The notes beneath the pieces are model-generated. The model worked only from the letters and a program-made list of their open reading frames with translations. It ran no database searches and was not told the DNA's origin. A DNA stretch of 64,000 bases from NCBI GenBank assembly GCA_040954595.2, contig CM082595.2, positions 4,986,137 through 5,050,136 of the forward strand. The letters are read 5' to 3'. The stretch is from Balanoglossus misakiensis (Eukaryota; Animalia; Hemichordata). The translations under genes and the position numbers were made by a program. Position 1 is the stretch's first letter; the number at the start of each line of letters is the position of its first letter. Of the stretch, positions 22,311-36,650 are shown piece after piece.

Positions 22311-25300
22311 CTAACACATGACAGCAGGGTAGCCGGCGAGCGTGATCAGGCCCTTCTCCGTCGCTCCTGGATCCTGGGGGACGTCCTCACTCATTCGCGT
22401 GACGATCTCCTTCTCGAAGTTGACTGGATGCCACGTGAGAGGGGCGCATGGGTGGTCCATTTCGTAATAGTGGCAGCTTGTCTTGTTCGGCGTGATGTAA
22501 CCGTAGATGTCGATCTTCTCGCACACTGCCAGCATGATGAGAATCCCTAGAAGTGAGAGAAGGAAGATGTGAAATTTTGTTTAGAAAATCATCTTCTCTA
22601 TGATTGAAATAGATACTCCAGTTTGTGGCTGGCGTGACCATTCTCGGCGATCCCGCACACGTCTGAAGACACCAGTGGAGAAATGAAATCAAGAATCGAA
22701 ATGCAAATAACAAATAATCAAACCCGTAAATCCTGATGTCGGTACTCTCTTGGGAAGATTTTCAGTCACGTGTTCCTGGACCAAGTCCCACGATCTCCAT
22801 AACGACCCCGGGTTTATCATGTGCGGGCGCTGTTGTGGGTGGCGATAACACCACTTGATGTAATTCGTGAAATGGGCGACACCTGTCTTTTGCTTGTCCT
22901 TACTATTTTCGATGTACCACTGGAAATAAAAACCAAGAATACAAATTGTCCAAATGAGCACAAATTGTCGCATATAGTCTAGAAAACAGAATTCTTGATT
23001 TTTCTCGCTTTTGCTCACTCATTCCTGACTGAGCAAAAGCGTAAAAACACGAAGGCTGGGGTCTAGACTACATACCGATACACAATAGACCATTTTGCGA
23101 ACTCCCCGAGAACCTGCGAGATTTCGCGTGATTAAGCAGTTCATGCAAGACGACATTCTCACGTGACATAGGACAACGGTCATCTATTAGCTACAGCTAT
23201 CATTGAACTACCCACCCTGTATAAGTTCCCATTGTATGGACCACTTCTCCACAGAAATAAAGTTTCGTTAGCTCCAGGCATCGTCTCGAATTTATCCACG
23301 TTCTTCTTTTCTAGCACCTGACTGTTAATCAACCGAACGGTGGTTTTTGTTCCGACGTCATTTTCGAAGCCCTCCGTGGGAGCCATATTGAAACGAAGAA
23401 CGGCATCATGGGAATCTGGATAAAAAGCATCCGTGCAGACAGAGTCATTAATCTTTATAATAAAAATTTAATTCAATTTATTTGAAAATTGGTGTTTACG
23501 TTTTCATTTCTTGTCAGCTTTTAACACCATTGTCGAAAAACAATGTCGAATTGAAGATTAATTTGAATATACTATCGAAAATCCCGCATTGATAGTTGTT
23601 GCGTATTGGCGAAAATGGATTTCATTTTCTATTCTCTTGTATGCAAGTTAAATTTAATTGTACACAAATAATCCATCTGCGGGCGTGTACAAGCGACCAT
23701 ATGGTACGCGAATAACTCAATTCAGTTGTTTCAAGCGAGCACGGGTCATTAGTTGTCGCTATCGAAAAATTGGACTCCTCAAAAACAATCGCATAGATTG
23801 GTAACATGCTGCGAGCGAAACACCGATAAACGTTTATTAAAGTCTTAAGATTATTCGATTGGAAACAACGGCTGTTGCAAGGGAAGTAATAGTATCAGTC
23901 ATGATGTGTTGGAACGCAAATTCGTGATTTATAAACAGTGTGACGCACATGAAATGTCAACTGAAGCGAAAGTATCCATGTGTTTATTAAATAAGATACC
24001 AGCGCCATATTTGAGAATCGTGGACTATTGTATTTAATTTGACAATTATAAAAATTATGTTTTATTTCTGTATAACAAAATATAATTTGTTGGTTAAATA
24101 ATAAGTAATAGGAGCATGTATATCAATCATATCGTAGCCAAGGCTTTAAAATCATAATATTAACACATTTATCAAAATTTGAAAAAAAAAATTGCTCACC
24201 AATTTGTTCTCCCTATACGAAAACTGGAAAAACAGTTCAGATGATATTTAATGTGCTATTTCTGTCATTGTTTGACCAAAACAAAACAAAATGATAAATA
24301 TATGTCGAGTGTGTAGGCTACATGCAGTGTGCTGAGAGTTTTACAGAGTTTATTACCATGCAATTATCCCAAAATTGTTCCAATCGTGTTTTTTTTTATC
24401 AAATATGATCGCTGCGTGCGGTCGTCGAACGTCAGGAGCCTACTCAAGGAAATGTTTAGCTACAAACTCTCTCTACCTGCACATGAGAGCAGACGACAAT
24501 TTTTGAAACCATCTTTCTTTTTTTAAACACTATAAGAAAACGTTATACCAGATGTGCTTGCAAAAGTTAATTTTAACCTGCTTTTAAAAGTCACCTATTG
24601 ACTGGTGGGCTAGTCTAGGGTCCACTGTACAAAAGTGCCTGAAATGACGGATACCTGCACAAGGTAGCGGTCATTTGATTTTATTCTGGGTGGGGATGAT
24701 ACCTTACCTATTTCAGCTCCCAGTCCCATGCCATTCATAAAAATCGAACTCCCAACGACGGCGCAGTTGGTGAATCGGTTTTCCAGGCTTTCAAATCCAC
24801 TATCCTCTGGGAAATATCCCGTTATTCCCATTTCTTTATAAGGACTACTTTCCTTGTTTAAAGTCATCTGCTTGTGTTTCGTTTTAAACTTGCACACAAG
24901 TTCACTGCCGGAGGTCTTTTTTCCTTTGGCCCCAACGTAGTGCACGCCGTAGACATTTGAGCGGCTGATATATTTGTTGTTAAACTTGCTGTCGTAATCC
25001 AGTAAGGTATCTCTTAATTTCGTGTGATGCAAGTCCGGTAGGTTGACCCTCAAAAGATCCCAGTTGTTCGTATTGTTTGTTGAATTGCTTGCATAACTGA
25101 TCAGATGGTTCACTTCAGTCGCTGCAGTCGTTGTCGTCACACCCTCTGACGTCGTCACTGTCCCTTCTTCGACTTGCTCTTGTACTTCGAGACCTTCCCG
25201 ATCGCGGCGGCCATACCAAGACGACATCGTCGGGTTGTTGTTTGTCCACGACGATATTCGAGTGAAATAAGTCATGACGATGACGTTTGCTGCAAACAGG

Positions 25301-25410
25301 CCCCAAATCAGTATCCGGAATTGCAGCTGGTGGCATCTTCCCACCAAAAGTCCGAACATTGTCGGTTTTGGCGTCCTAGCGACGAAAGGGTACGCTGCGG
25401 GAAAAGTCAT
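22311..25410 (-). CDS. ST6Gal-like sialyltransferase (GT29), paralog 3, ~444 aa, tail-to-tail with paralog 2
   Basis: Exons 25410-24708, 23415-23216, 22919-22724, 22546-22311 (1335 nt). [19 protein letters not shown], Thr-rich stem; motifs [50 protein letters not shown]. The start could be the later Met (MFGLLV). Confidence 0.92.
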
Positions 25411-26322
25411 GTATCACGCGTGGTTCGCCCGTCAATACAGTCAACAAGTTTGTCCAGTGTTAGAATTCTGAAGCAAACGAAAAAGAACGCGTGTGCGTTA
25501 ATAATAACCTGGGGAACAGAAACACTTTCAGTCGTATTTCCACAGTGGTATTTGTAAACACACAAGAGACAACAGATCACGCCAACGCGTATCACAAAAT
25601 GTTAGTCTGGAAATATGCCACGATGAGGTCTTACCATATGGTCGGTCTGTCAGCGTGCTTTGGCGGAGTAGCCCAACCTACGCGACACGGCTGAAATAGA
25701 GCATTCGCCGGGCCTTTACCGTTAGTTCAGCGACGAGGCACCACAGCTGACTTAAAACACCACATCCTTGCAAATCCTCAAGTATTGTACACGTATATAC
25801 GTACCAAAAATCTGTAAAGTGTGCACCCACAAACCAAATCTCCGTACAATCCACCGACCATGTACGTCCACAACGTCGGGAGGTCACCCAAAAGAATTGA
25901 CACGTACATGTATATTGTCCCCGTACGTCGTACGTGATTGGAGTCACGGAGTCAGTACACCTGGTACACACATATTTCAGACTGGCTTCAGACGAAAACG
26001 ACCAATCATATAGCGCGAATAAACAAAGCGATGTTTACTCGTACCGAGGGCGTGTCCCCATACAAAAGTTTTAGGGAGCACGAACAACATCTGGGTTCTT
26101 ATTCGCCCGCGCAGCAATCAACCAAATTCGAGGATGGCCCTAACTCAATGACTGATAATTACCACCATATCTAATTTACATATGCCCTAATGTGATTAAA
26201 GCGGAGAAATCTTCGAATGGCCATTTGGTACAGAGAGCAGTATCTTTTTTTCGCGTGGCCACCCAGTGAAAATATGTGATTGGCTAGATCAATAACGATA
26301 GATGAATAGGGAGGACGATACT

Positions 26323-26412
26323 AGTCTCGGTTACCCATACGCCTTTGCTTCTTCCGCTCCTCTCCAGAAAAGGAGCAGCGGAAGAAGCAAAGGCGTATGG
26401 GTAACCGAGACT
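26323..26412. mobile_element. Short hairpin MITE
   Basis: agtctcggttacccatacgcctttgcttcttccgct ... agcggaagaagcaaaggcgtatgggtaaccgagact; perfect 36-bp arms. Confidence 0.8.
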
Positions 26413-27470
26413 TGGACGATACCAGTTCGTCCCCAAAATCTGATTTTAAATATAATGGACTATGGGATAGCGGTTCGCGCAATATGATTACACGCTTGCC
26501 GCTGACTTCGAGACCCCCCCCCCCCCTTCTCCCCGGATATCAAAGGGTCCATCCCTAATCACGATTAACGATCGCCTTGTCGAACGTTCAGATAATCGGG
26601 ATTTTATGGGGTATTTGCATGATGTGCGCCTGTACGAACAAAAGGTCGCAGAAATCCAAATCATTAATAACAATTAATATCTGCTTTTTATTCACAGTTT
26701 TGAGATGTTTTCATTCATTTCATTTTACTGCGTTTTCATTTTTATATGGCTTTGGATTTGTTAGATTTTACTCTCTCATATTAACTCGCACCGTTTCAAC
26801 AGTCTATCGCGTTGAAACAAAGAATTATAATAATTACAGTCATAGTAATAATACTAATCAAAGATTTATAATACTAATTAAATAAAGTGCATTTCATTGT
26901 TTTGGAGTCCCACAATTTTGACAGGGCTTGTATTTGAGAGAAATAAGGGATGAATTTTTTTTGCTTACCTTAGGACTGTTCTCTTATTGGTATTATGGGG
27001 AGTCTGTTCATGCCAGTATGTTCATTCTGCAAGCCGACGTGCCACATGTATCTCTGGTTGTGGACAGCGCGCTGATTGGGCAAATGCAGACAAGCGCAAA
27101 ATTTCGCCGTACGGCGCTGTAGTTGACGGAATGTCAATCGCGTCAGCTGCTAGTGATTTTTCGCAATATTATAATCGAAACGACGTGGTGAGATTTACTA
27201 CGTATGAGTGATTTCGCACGCCACCAAACACCGCGAATACGTAACCGAGCTGCGTTTCCACAGCGAACGTCAACAAGTCTGAGAGAAGAAGTACGTACCG
27301 CCACCACCACCCCGGGGCAGTCTTACGACCCAGACTGTAACAAAAAAATGTTAAATGTGCGTGCGGCCACTGAGGTAATAAACATGTCGTGGCAAATGAG
27401 GGTTAGCATATTCATCCCTTCGTGAATAGATGCAACGCAATGTGGTTCAACAGTTTCATTTCAAAAATGC

Positions 27471-28303
27471 TGGCAACAGCTGTGAGAGTAACGAAATTGG
27501 CAAATTTGACCTTGTATATCTGATGCAGTCATTTTCATGATTTGCAGCTTTCCCTATTTTTAGCCAAAATGCATTTTATTTGATATGAAAAGTTGTCAAA
27601 TATACAAAATTTATGAAAATTGCGAGAATCACGCAAGAACTATGACGTCATACTTCTACACTACGGCGGCCAGAGAAATAAAAAAATGCAAAATAAAAAG
27701 AAATCCCTAACTACCCTTTTTTTAAAACCACGTAATCGGAACAGCACATATTTTTATTTGGCCTTATGCACCTGACATTATTCTGCGCAGACAGTGAGTT
27801 TTTTTTGTGCGACTCTGATGTCACAAAAAGGTCAAAACAGAGACGTTTTCCCTTATAACAATAAAAGTAACACGCCAGAAGTGCATTTTACAGACATACC
27901 ACAGAGAAAAAATAACAGATGGCCCGTGCAATTAACACAAGGATCCATATGTTACTTGTCACGCGAGAATTCCCCCTATACATGTACAATTGCCTAGCCA
28001 TGCATACTCTCGCAAGGTCTCGCGGAGTTCGGAAAATTATCTAATGAGAGCAGATCTTGAATGGATGGACGGTATGTGTGTGGGAAACTGGGTCATTACC
28101 TTAACATTTGTTACTGTTTGGAAACTATTTCCAAAGCCACTGGTGTTTTCTGTCTGTATTGCTATTTAGCTTTACTGCCTATCCATCCATTCCAGACCTG
28201 CTCCCATTAAACAATTTTCCGTTCTCCACGACGAGACCCTGCGAGATTTCGTATGGCTAGGCAATTTGTTTAGGGGGACATTCTCGTGACAACCAACATA
28301 TGG
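27471..28303. repeat. Dispersed repeat copy 2 (27471-27977) plus inverted copies of a ~100-bp element (27945-28043 vs 28208-28303; related copy near 23086-23185)
   Basis: Similarity to 392-885; shared cctgcgagatttcg...gacattctc.gtgaca segments in opposite orientations. Confidence 0.7.
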
Positions 28304-30358
28304 ACCACTCTTATCACTGATGACTTACTCAGTCTGCCGTACACGTATTTCCAATCAGATGGGGTCATACACCCGGCATATGGCACATTTTATGCTAGGT
28401 TAGACCTGAATATAGTGAAAACAATTTTTGCTTTTCAAAATATGGATTTTTTTATTTGTTTATCACAATTATCCCCCAACAGACAGCTGTCACATGCTGA
28501 TAACTGCTTGTGTATGAACAGTGCATTTCACGGACTTTACCAAAATAACTTTTAAAAAGACAATTGATTTGTTACTACGACCTATTGTCACAATTTCTTT
28601 CTCTTAAACTTTTCACCTATTCTAGATTCATACAAAGCTTGATTGTATTACTTGGCTACCATTCCGTTGCTATGGTAATCATGCAAGTCTCGCGAGACCT
28701 CGCATTGACCAGAAAATCACCGTCTAAAATGTAGCATAGGTAGATCTCATTAGAAAAATTTAGTATCGTCTCAAAGGTAGAATGCACCCCGAAATGAAAC
28801 ATTTGACCATGTTGAAATTATACTATGACTCCTAAAAAATTAATCTGCGGAACTAAATGCTGGGGGGGGGGGGGGGGGTCAACCGGCTCGATTTGTGGTG
28901 AAAGCGCCCTCTATTGATCATCTCTCCAAGCTTTTGCCAGTTTTTGTAGATCATTAAGCGACTTCATGAACAAGTATTTTTGGAGGGTCGTCATGTTTTT
29001 TCACCATTACAGAATCAAAACAATATTTTATTTTTAGCCATCAAAGCTATACAGATTGTGGGCAATTATCAAATATTTTCCGACTCTGTCTCGTACTTCT
29101 GTTTGTAAACTAGTATGCATACTAGAAAAAGTTTATTTCGTGTATCTTCAATTGTGATGTGGAGGTTCAAATCGTGGACGGACCCGACTTTTATACGAAT
29201 CCTCAAAGCTGGGAATGAGTGTTTCAAATCGGACACCATACAAGATGCTTCTAGTTCAACTCGGACATTCAAGAATGTCTATTTGAATGTCTAAAACCAA
29301 AATTATCACACTCTCACAGCATATGAGCACATACATATATAATTTAATAGGCTGTGCTGCCATATTTTGTACATACATAAAAAAAACATTAATCATTTGA
29401 AAAAATTCATATTGAATATAATTACATTATAACATGGTCATCTCCTGTCGTGTTAGTTGATGTCGAATATAAACACAGACATGCCAATGTGTCAGAAAGT
29501 TATGAAAAACGGGCTCCTTCATAATTTTTGGTATATTCATTGATATTCCCTTTATATTGCCATGACCTGCCTGGAAGATTTCGCAATGAGGATATAAAGC
29601 AGGAAGTGGTTGTGCATTGCTTTGTACCATTATTCTGCAGATGTTGGTTGCGCTGCAAACATGGTCAAAGAATAACTGATATCGACAGCTAGAAACTGTG
29701 AGGTCAATCATTATGCGAAGTTCCCTCGATAAAACAAGTAAATTACTGTAAAACGAGGTTATTTTCGCGACAGGAAATTTTCGCGATATTAGAAGAAGCA
29801 ACTGTAATGTGAGGATTCATTTTCGCGTTCTCGTATTTCACTGCATCGTTACTTCCAAAAAACATTTTAACACGACTTTTTATTTTTATGTTTAGTTGGT
29901 TCTCGCGTATTTCGTGAAAAATGATTGCTCGCAAAAGTAACCCGTTTTACTGTAGATTTTCTGGAGTCACTGGGACCAACCTGAATTTCCTGTACATCCT
30001 AGGACTATCCAAGAAAGAGTGAGAAAACCCGTGTTTGTCGCAAATCACATGCCTACTTCCGACAATAAAATAATGCACTCATGGTACCATTTGGCATGTT
30101 AACTCACAACAGGAAACAAACTCATGAATCAAAGTGCAAAGAAAAAAAGACAAAACAGCAAACCTTATTAAAAATTCAAAGATCAAAAAACATGATTTTT
30201 TTGATATTGCGTCAATCAAGACTTGTGTCAACTCCGTGTCAGGTGCTGACAAGTTGACAGTTAAATATCAAGGCAGTAACAATTTCAGAAGGAAGGCTTT
30301 TTTTAAGAAGTTCACGGTCAAGGTCAAATAAACTGGGAAGAACGGCGTAGCTCGGGCG

Positions 30359-32112
30359 CTATATGTTACACTTCTTCAGTTTTAAGAGTCTCGGCGGGAC
30401 GGGAAACCTGGCCCGGTCCCAGGGAACGGCGCACTTGTGCCGACGGGGGTTGTGGCCGCTCTCCTTGTGCCCCTCCGTGGCCAGGTGCAGGCCGACGAAC
30501 ACACCGATTATGAGGCAGCCGATGATGATGAGGGTGTAGACGGTGGCGCTGGAGTTCGGCGGCGACTGCATCTCGTCGAGGTGCAGCCGGATCGGGTGGA
30601 AGGTGGGGTTCAGTTCCTCGGCGTGGCGCAGGTGGTCGGCGGCCTCGCGGTAGTGCCCGAGACTCTTCAATATCTCGCCCAGGGTGAAGTGCTGCAGCCA
30701 CGTGTTCTGCTCGGGCGACTTCATCTCCAGCGACTTCCTCGTGAGGTGGACGGCGTCCTCCAGGTACTGCAGGTTGAACAGTATCCGGGCGAGGTTTATG
30801 AGAATGTCCGGGTTGTTCGGCTGCAGACTCAGCGCTTTCCGGAAGCACTCGATCGCCAGCAAGGTGTTGCCTTTAACGCGCCAGAAATTCCCCACTTCAT
30901 TCAAGACTGAAAGCGAGTTTGGATGCTGTGAAAGAGACACATACAATAAGTACAGGCAATCACTATGACTAAGTTTACGTCACGTGTATCAGAAAATCAC
31001 AGCTAGGTTTATGTGTACCACGGCCAGGTGGCACTTAAGATGTTATTCAATCTATGTCTTCATATTCCACTTTTAATACCAATCTTAGCAAAAAAATAAA
31101 TCCATGTTCTACAGTTACAAAACCAAGAAGATATATAACTTAATCATATGTGTTAATTATTCAAGATTTAAATAAGCCAGTGATGGTACTCACAAGTTGA
31201 ATATTTTGTTTTAAGGTCGTTTCCAGTGAATTCATATCTATTTGGTCACCCTCTGTCTTTTTAAATATCATAGCCACTTCAGGCTCTGGAAAATTAGGAT
31301 GGGATTTTCTTCTGCGAATTCCTTCCAAGTGGTCATACTCTGTTTTTTCTGCTGGCTCTCCACAATGGAGACTGTCAATACTGGAAAGGAGTACATACAG
31401 TGATATGAATAGTATATTAGTTTGGAGAGTATATGAATACTACACTTACACATTTGATATGTATATGATAGGTGCCACGCATGGGGCAGGGTTAGCTCAC
31501 TCTTTTCAAAAGACCAAACACTTCGTGACATAGCACCTGAAGTTCAAAGAACGGTGTCACGGACCCTCGAGGGTCGGTGCTGTGTTTATGATAATCCAGA
31601 GTTCAACTGTCCTACTTTCATTACTGCACGCATGTATTCAGTGAGTGAGTTTGAATAGGAGTGTGAGTGTGACCTCATATTCAAATAAGGGGAATTCCGT
31701 GCTGCATATGGAAATTACGTCCGCGACTCTGCATTGACACTATCATATGTCGGATTTCCATGAATAGAAATGCACGTAAAATATGTAAACATTTACCAAC
31801 TGATGTACAGACAACACCAGAGTATACGACTAAGTAATACCTGTCACAAGTCCGCGACGACGCTTCGCAGGAACCCAAGTCAGCCTCGTCTGTCACTCTC
31901 CCGAAATGGTACTTTTGTGCTAGGATACTCAGAACGGGATCTTCGCTGGCGACTTGAAGAGGGTCGTCGTGCGTCGGCGTCACCAGAACGACACCATCTT
32001 GCTCGCTGAGCTTCCAGTGGGTCGCCGCTGACGACGGCGTATTACTGTGCACGATGTTGACGGATACAAAGTAAAATGCCACGTAAGTCATACATGGCAC
32101 GTCACAGAACAT
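30359..32112 (-). CDS. Short TTC17-related TPR protein with predicted signal peptide and C-terminal TM helix, ~341 aa
   Basis: Exons 32112-31841, 31380-31194, 30925-30359 (1026 nt). TTC17-like motifs ATHWKL..DG, YDHLEGI and GNFWRVKGNTLLAIECFRKAL; TPR repeats; TM TVYTLIIIGCLIIGVFVGLHL; basic tail. Confidence 0.82.
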
Positions 32113-32680
32113 CGTTGATGTCTTTGAGTCGCTCTGTCTATCGGAGAAGCTCCAAATTTGTCTATTCAAAGAGACATAAACAGTGACCGTACTCGGCCTA
32201 CACTGGGATCTGTCAAGTTTACTGTCCCTACGTATCAGGTCAAAGGTGAAAGGTCACTGGGACGCCTTTGTTGACTATTTTGTTAATTTTAATGATTCTT
32301 ATAAACTTAGGAATAAACAAATAGACCCTAATATAACGGGTAGTTATGTAACTATTTATATGCGATGATATATTTTAAATGCACTTAATATTTCACCAAA
32401 AGATATTACTCTCATGTTTTCCACGTTGGCTCTCTCTGATTGGCTGAACGCCTTTTTAATTTTTCCTTCCGCGTAAACAATGTAGTTCTCAATTCAAACT
32501 GGATGCATATTGTAGTTCGACCCAGAGCATATATATTGGTGGCTCGTGTTGCAAAACTTGTACATTATTAGGGTTTTTGTGGGTTATTGTGATAAATATA
32601 CTCCATTTATAACATATTTATGCTCCGACCTTTACCACAAAAGGTCAACTTGTATCCATCCTCTTTCCTTTCGGTTCAAG
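32113..32680. promoter_or_regulatory. Probable bidirectional promoter between the TTC17-like gene and DDOST
   Basis: Start codons diverge ~570 bp apart; CCAAT box (ctgattggct, ~32436) and YY1-type caagatggcg overlapping the DDOST ATG. Confidence 0.55.
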
Positions 32681-35600
32681 ATGGCGACTGGAGTGGGAAC
32701 GATTGCGGTATTGGCGTTTGTGGTTTTAATCAGCACCGTCAATGGTGCTGGGAATACCTTGGTGTTGTTGGACAACATGGCAATGAAGGAGACACATTCC
32801 ATCTTCTTCAAATCTCTAGCAGGTGGGTGCATTTATAAATAGATTAAGGCGTAGTTAACACGTGTACCATACTCAGCCCCTACCGCTATGTACATGTAGT
32901 CAATATCCCCCAGCTGGTCACTTCCTGGATTATATTTTCGGAGGTTGCTTTAAAAAGCTATTGTCTTGGTGCAAAGAAATATAATTTTTCATCTAAAAAT
33001 AAATGAATGCAATCAGCTAAATGTTCACTGTTCAAGGTATACGATTTTAATATTTTATCAGCTTAAATTGTATGCAAATTCAGGATCAACAACGCCAGTA
33101 TTGCAGTATTTTACAAATACATATATTATTTACTTATATGATTTATCATGATCCGCATGTATTCACAGATCGTGGGTATGAATTGACTTTCAAGACGGCA
33201 GATGACCCAAGCCTGAAATTAGTCAGTTACGGAGAATTTGTATATGAACATCTTGTGATATTTTCACCATCTGTATATGGTAAGTGTGTTTAAAGTATAA
33301 GGAACAACAATAGGACATTTTTACATACATGTTGAGTAATATTTCTGATCTATAAAAGACACTAGCTGTATACAGACTTCTCATTTCACTTCACTTTGTT
33401 TTGTTTTTCAGAATTTGGTGGAAACATTGATGTAGCAGCAATAACAAATTTCATTGATGGAGGTGGGAATGTGCTCGTGGCAGCCAGTTCTGACATTGGT
33501 GAGTTGTCAACACATCTCTTGTTCATCCACAATTTTGGAAATAATGTCTAATAATTGCTGCTTTGCTTACTATTCAAGAAATCATTATTAGACCAGTAAC
33601 TTCACTTGTACTGTTGTATTGTAATCATCCGAAATGATATGCTAAAATTCACGGTCGGATATCTTCTGCATCAACTTCAGGTGAGCCCCTCAGAGATCTT
33701 GGTGGTGAGTGTGGTATCGAATTTGATGAAGAAAAGACTGCAGTGATCGACCATCTCAATTATGATGTGGCAGATGATGGTCAGGTATGTCAGTGTTTCT
33801 ATTGACAGTTTCAATTTGGGGCATGTTGTTAGAATACTTGCAATATATGGCGAAACTCTAGGTTGAATATCTGAAAATGTTCTATGGGTATTTTAACTGT
33901 GCACCAAATTGCCTTCCTATCTTTTCACTTACATCCAGCATACCATATGTACAGTGCACATTTTGGCTTATTATCAAACATTTTGTTTCTAACCTAACTT
34001 TTTTGTTCTTACCCATTATACATAGCACACATTGATTGTAGCCCAACCATCTGATTTGATTGATGCCAAGACAATTGTCGGAGAAAAGAACACTTCACCC
34101 ATTCTTTTCAGAGGAGTTGGGTAAGTGTACATCGAGTTTGATTTCACCCACAGAAGTTAAAGCTTACTTTACTACACATTGCAAAATGACACCGCTCGTG
34201 ACTGATTTCCTGACTTTAAATAGACTCAATAAAAATCTAATATGTACAACTAAAAATCCCATTCCTGTTTTTTCGCCCAGAATGACAGCTGATCCAGACA
34301 ATCCATTGGTACTGGACATTCTCCATGCCTCATCCACAGCGTATTCCTTCTTCCCAGATGAAAAGATCACAGAGGTAAGCACTGGATTGTTGCACTGTGT
34401 GTGTGGGGGGGGGGGGGGGGGCATTCATACATATGCAAATGAAAATATAACCAGGTAACCATGGTCCATGCATTGAGAGTTACAGAAACTGCATCTGTTC
34501 AATTTTCAGTACCCACACGCGGTCGGCAAGAATACATTGTTGGTCGCTGCGTTGCAAGCCAGGAACAATGCCCGCGTTGTCTTCTCCGGCTCCGTGGATC
34601 TCTTCAGTGATCAGTTTTTCCAGGCCTCTGTCCACAGAGACGTACCAGGCTCCAAACAGTAAGGAACCAATAATTTTACGAACATTCAGTTTGTCTTTCT
34701 AGAAATCATAGTACATGTAGTGTATTTTTAGGTCCCATTTGGTATGTATACAGTATATATACCACAGGGCAGTTATGGCTGCATGTATAACAGTAGTAGA
34801 TAAACAGATATGCAGAAACGATGCAATGAATACATTGAGAAGGATCATGGAAATTAACAACCCATCTGTGATGTTATAGTTTAGCCAATTTCTCTACGTG
34901 AGCTGTTGCTATGAAAATTGATTTTACACATTGGAGTGATTTCGGACATGACTGCTAACACCTCCCGCCTAATTGAATGTGTGTACATTTTCTGTTTCAG
35001 GTATCCAGTTTCGGGCAACCAGAATCTCGCCATTGCGTTGTCTCAATGGGTGTTCAAGGAACATGGTGTGTTGAGAGTTGGCCAGGTGAAACATCACAAA
35101 GTCGGAGAAACCACTCCGCCGGCCGCATACACTGTGGAAGATGAAGTTGTAAGTGTCTTGTTATATATGTGCATCCATTGGGGACTTTACCTTAGAAAAC
35201 GGTGGTTTGTGCTGAAATCATGGTGGTGAAAGGGTTAAGGGGCTAACTTAAAATTTAAAGGGGGGTGGGTCGACAAAGAAAATTTCAATTTTCAAAGTAG
35301 TCCAATGTACATGTAGATACAAGATGTAAAAGAGTGACACCATTGCTATCTGATATGTTAGTCGCAGGTATGCTACAAATAGAATTACAATGCAAGTATT
35401 TTGCAAATATATAAATGCATTTCGTTCTCTCCTACAGGAATTCAGTGTGCTGATTGAGAAGCTATCGAACGGCAAATGGGTGCCATTTGATGGAGAAGAT
35501 GTGCAATTAGAATTTGTACGTATTGATCCATTCGTCAGAACTACACTGAAAAGAAAAGGTAAGGAATATCATTAGACTCAGTACAATACAATACAGTGTA

Positions 35601-36381
35601 TTTGAGCAAGTATAACATATTGGGCAATTGCTATCATCTATTGATTATACATAAAGTTAACACGTTGTTCGAAATACAAGGCATATATAATATATATATT
35701 AATCCAACCTGTATATTTTGAATGTTAATGTGTGATGTTTGTTTTTCTACAGGTAACAGGTATCACACCCAGTTCAAGTTGCCTGATGTCTATGGTGTGT
35801 TTCAGTTCAAGGTGGATTATAACCGTGTTGGTTACACTCACGTGTACAGCGCCACACAGGTATGTGAGAAGCAGGGGTTGATAGAAGACAGTCTCGAATG
35901 AAATTCTGACAAGTTTGAGAACACAATACGTTTGCCTTGAAATTTGGAGGCTGATTAATAGCAAGTCATCAGTGATGACACAGTCCCCTGCTGAAACTGG
36001 AAGTACAGAAACGTCAAAATGATTTTGAGATGCAGGCACTTTTAACCCTTCCACCACCATGGTCAAGTCCAGATCCATTGTTTTCTATGGGAAGCTTGGA
36101 CCTCTATAGAGGGAACTGGGGGTGAAAGGGTTTATATGTTGTTGGTGGGTGTGATCACAATAACTTGATCAAAATTACAACAAAAAAACTCCCATGTTAA
36201 TGCAAGTCTTTCTTTTAACTTTCAGGTATCCGTACGTCCATTCCAACATATTCAGTTTGAACGCTTCATCCCGTGTGCGTATCCATACTATGCCAGTGCC
36301 TTCTCCATGATTGCCGGCGTGTTCATCTTCAGTCTCGTCTACCTTCACCACAAAGATGAACGCAAGGAAAAGTCGGAATAA
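32681..36381 (+). CDS. DDOST: Oligosaccharyltransferase 48-kDa subunit (OST48/WBP1)
   Basis: 11 exons: 32681-32822, 33169-33279, 33412-33498, 33681-33784, 34026-34120, 34281-34374, 34510-34658, 35001-35148, 35438-35558, 35753-35859, 36226-36381. Motifs TLVLLDN...[51 protein letters not shown] and [18 protein letters not shown]; C-terminal KEKSE ER-retrieval signal. Confidence 0.97.
36042..36134. mobile_element. ~90-bp piggyBac-type MITE copy
   Basis: ttaa|cccttccaccaccatgg...ggggtgaaaggg|ttta in the last DDOST intron. Confidence 0.75.
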
Positions 36382-36509
36382 AAAAAGGATATCTATTTGT
36401 ACAAATGAAGAAAAAAGCATAAACGTGCAAGACATCTCACTGAATTGCTCTGATTTGAGTCAGTAGAGACACAGTTTACCCCGAAGTCATCTACCAGTTC
36501 CTGAACCTC

Positions 36510-36650
36510 CATCCACTCCTGTCATTGGCTGTAATCGGTCATGTGACACCCATGGACCTTCATCAACTCCTGTCATTGGCTGTAATTGGTCATGTGACAC
36601 CCATGGACCTTCATCAACTCCTGTCATTGGCTGTAATCAGTCATGTGACC
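36510..36650. repeat. 51-bp tandem repeat (~2.7 copies) in the DDOST 3' UTR region
   Basis: gtcattggc at 36521, 36572 and 36623. Confidence 0.9.

Noticed and set aside
30366-30968. Alternative-frame ORFs over the TPR exon
   Set aside because: Shadows of a GC-rich coding exon.
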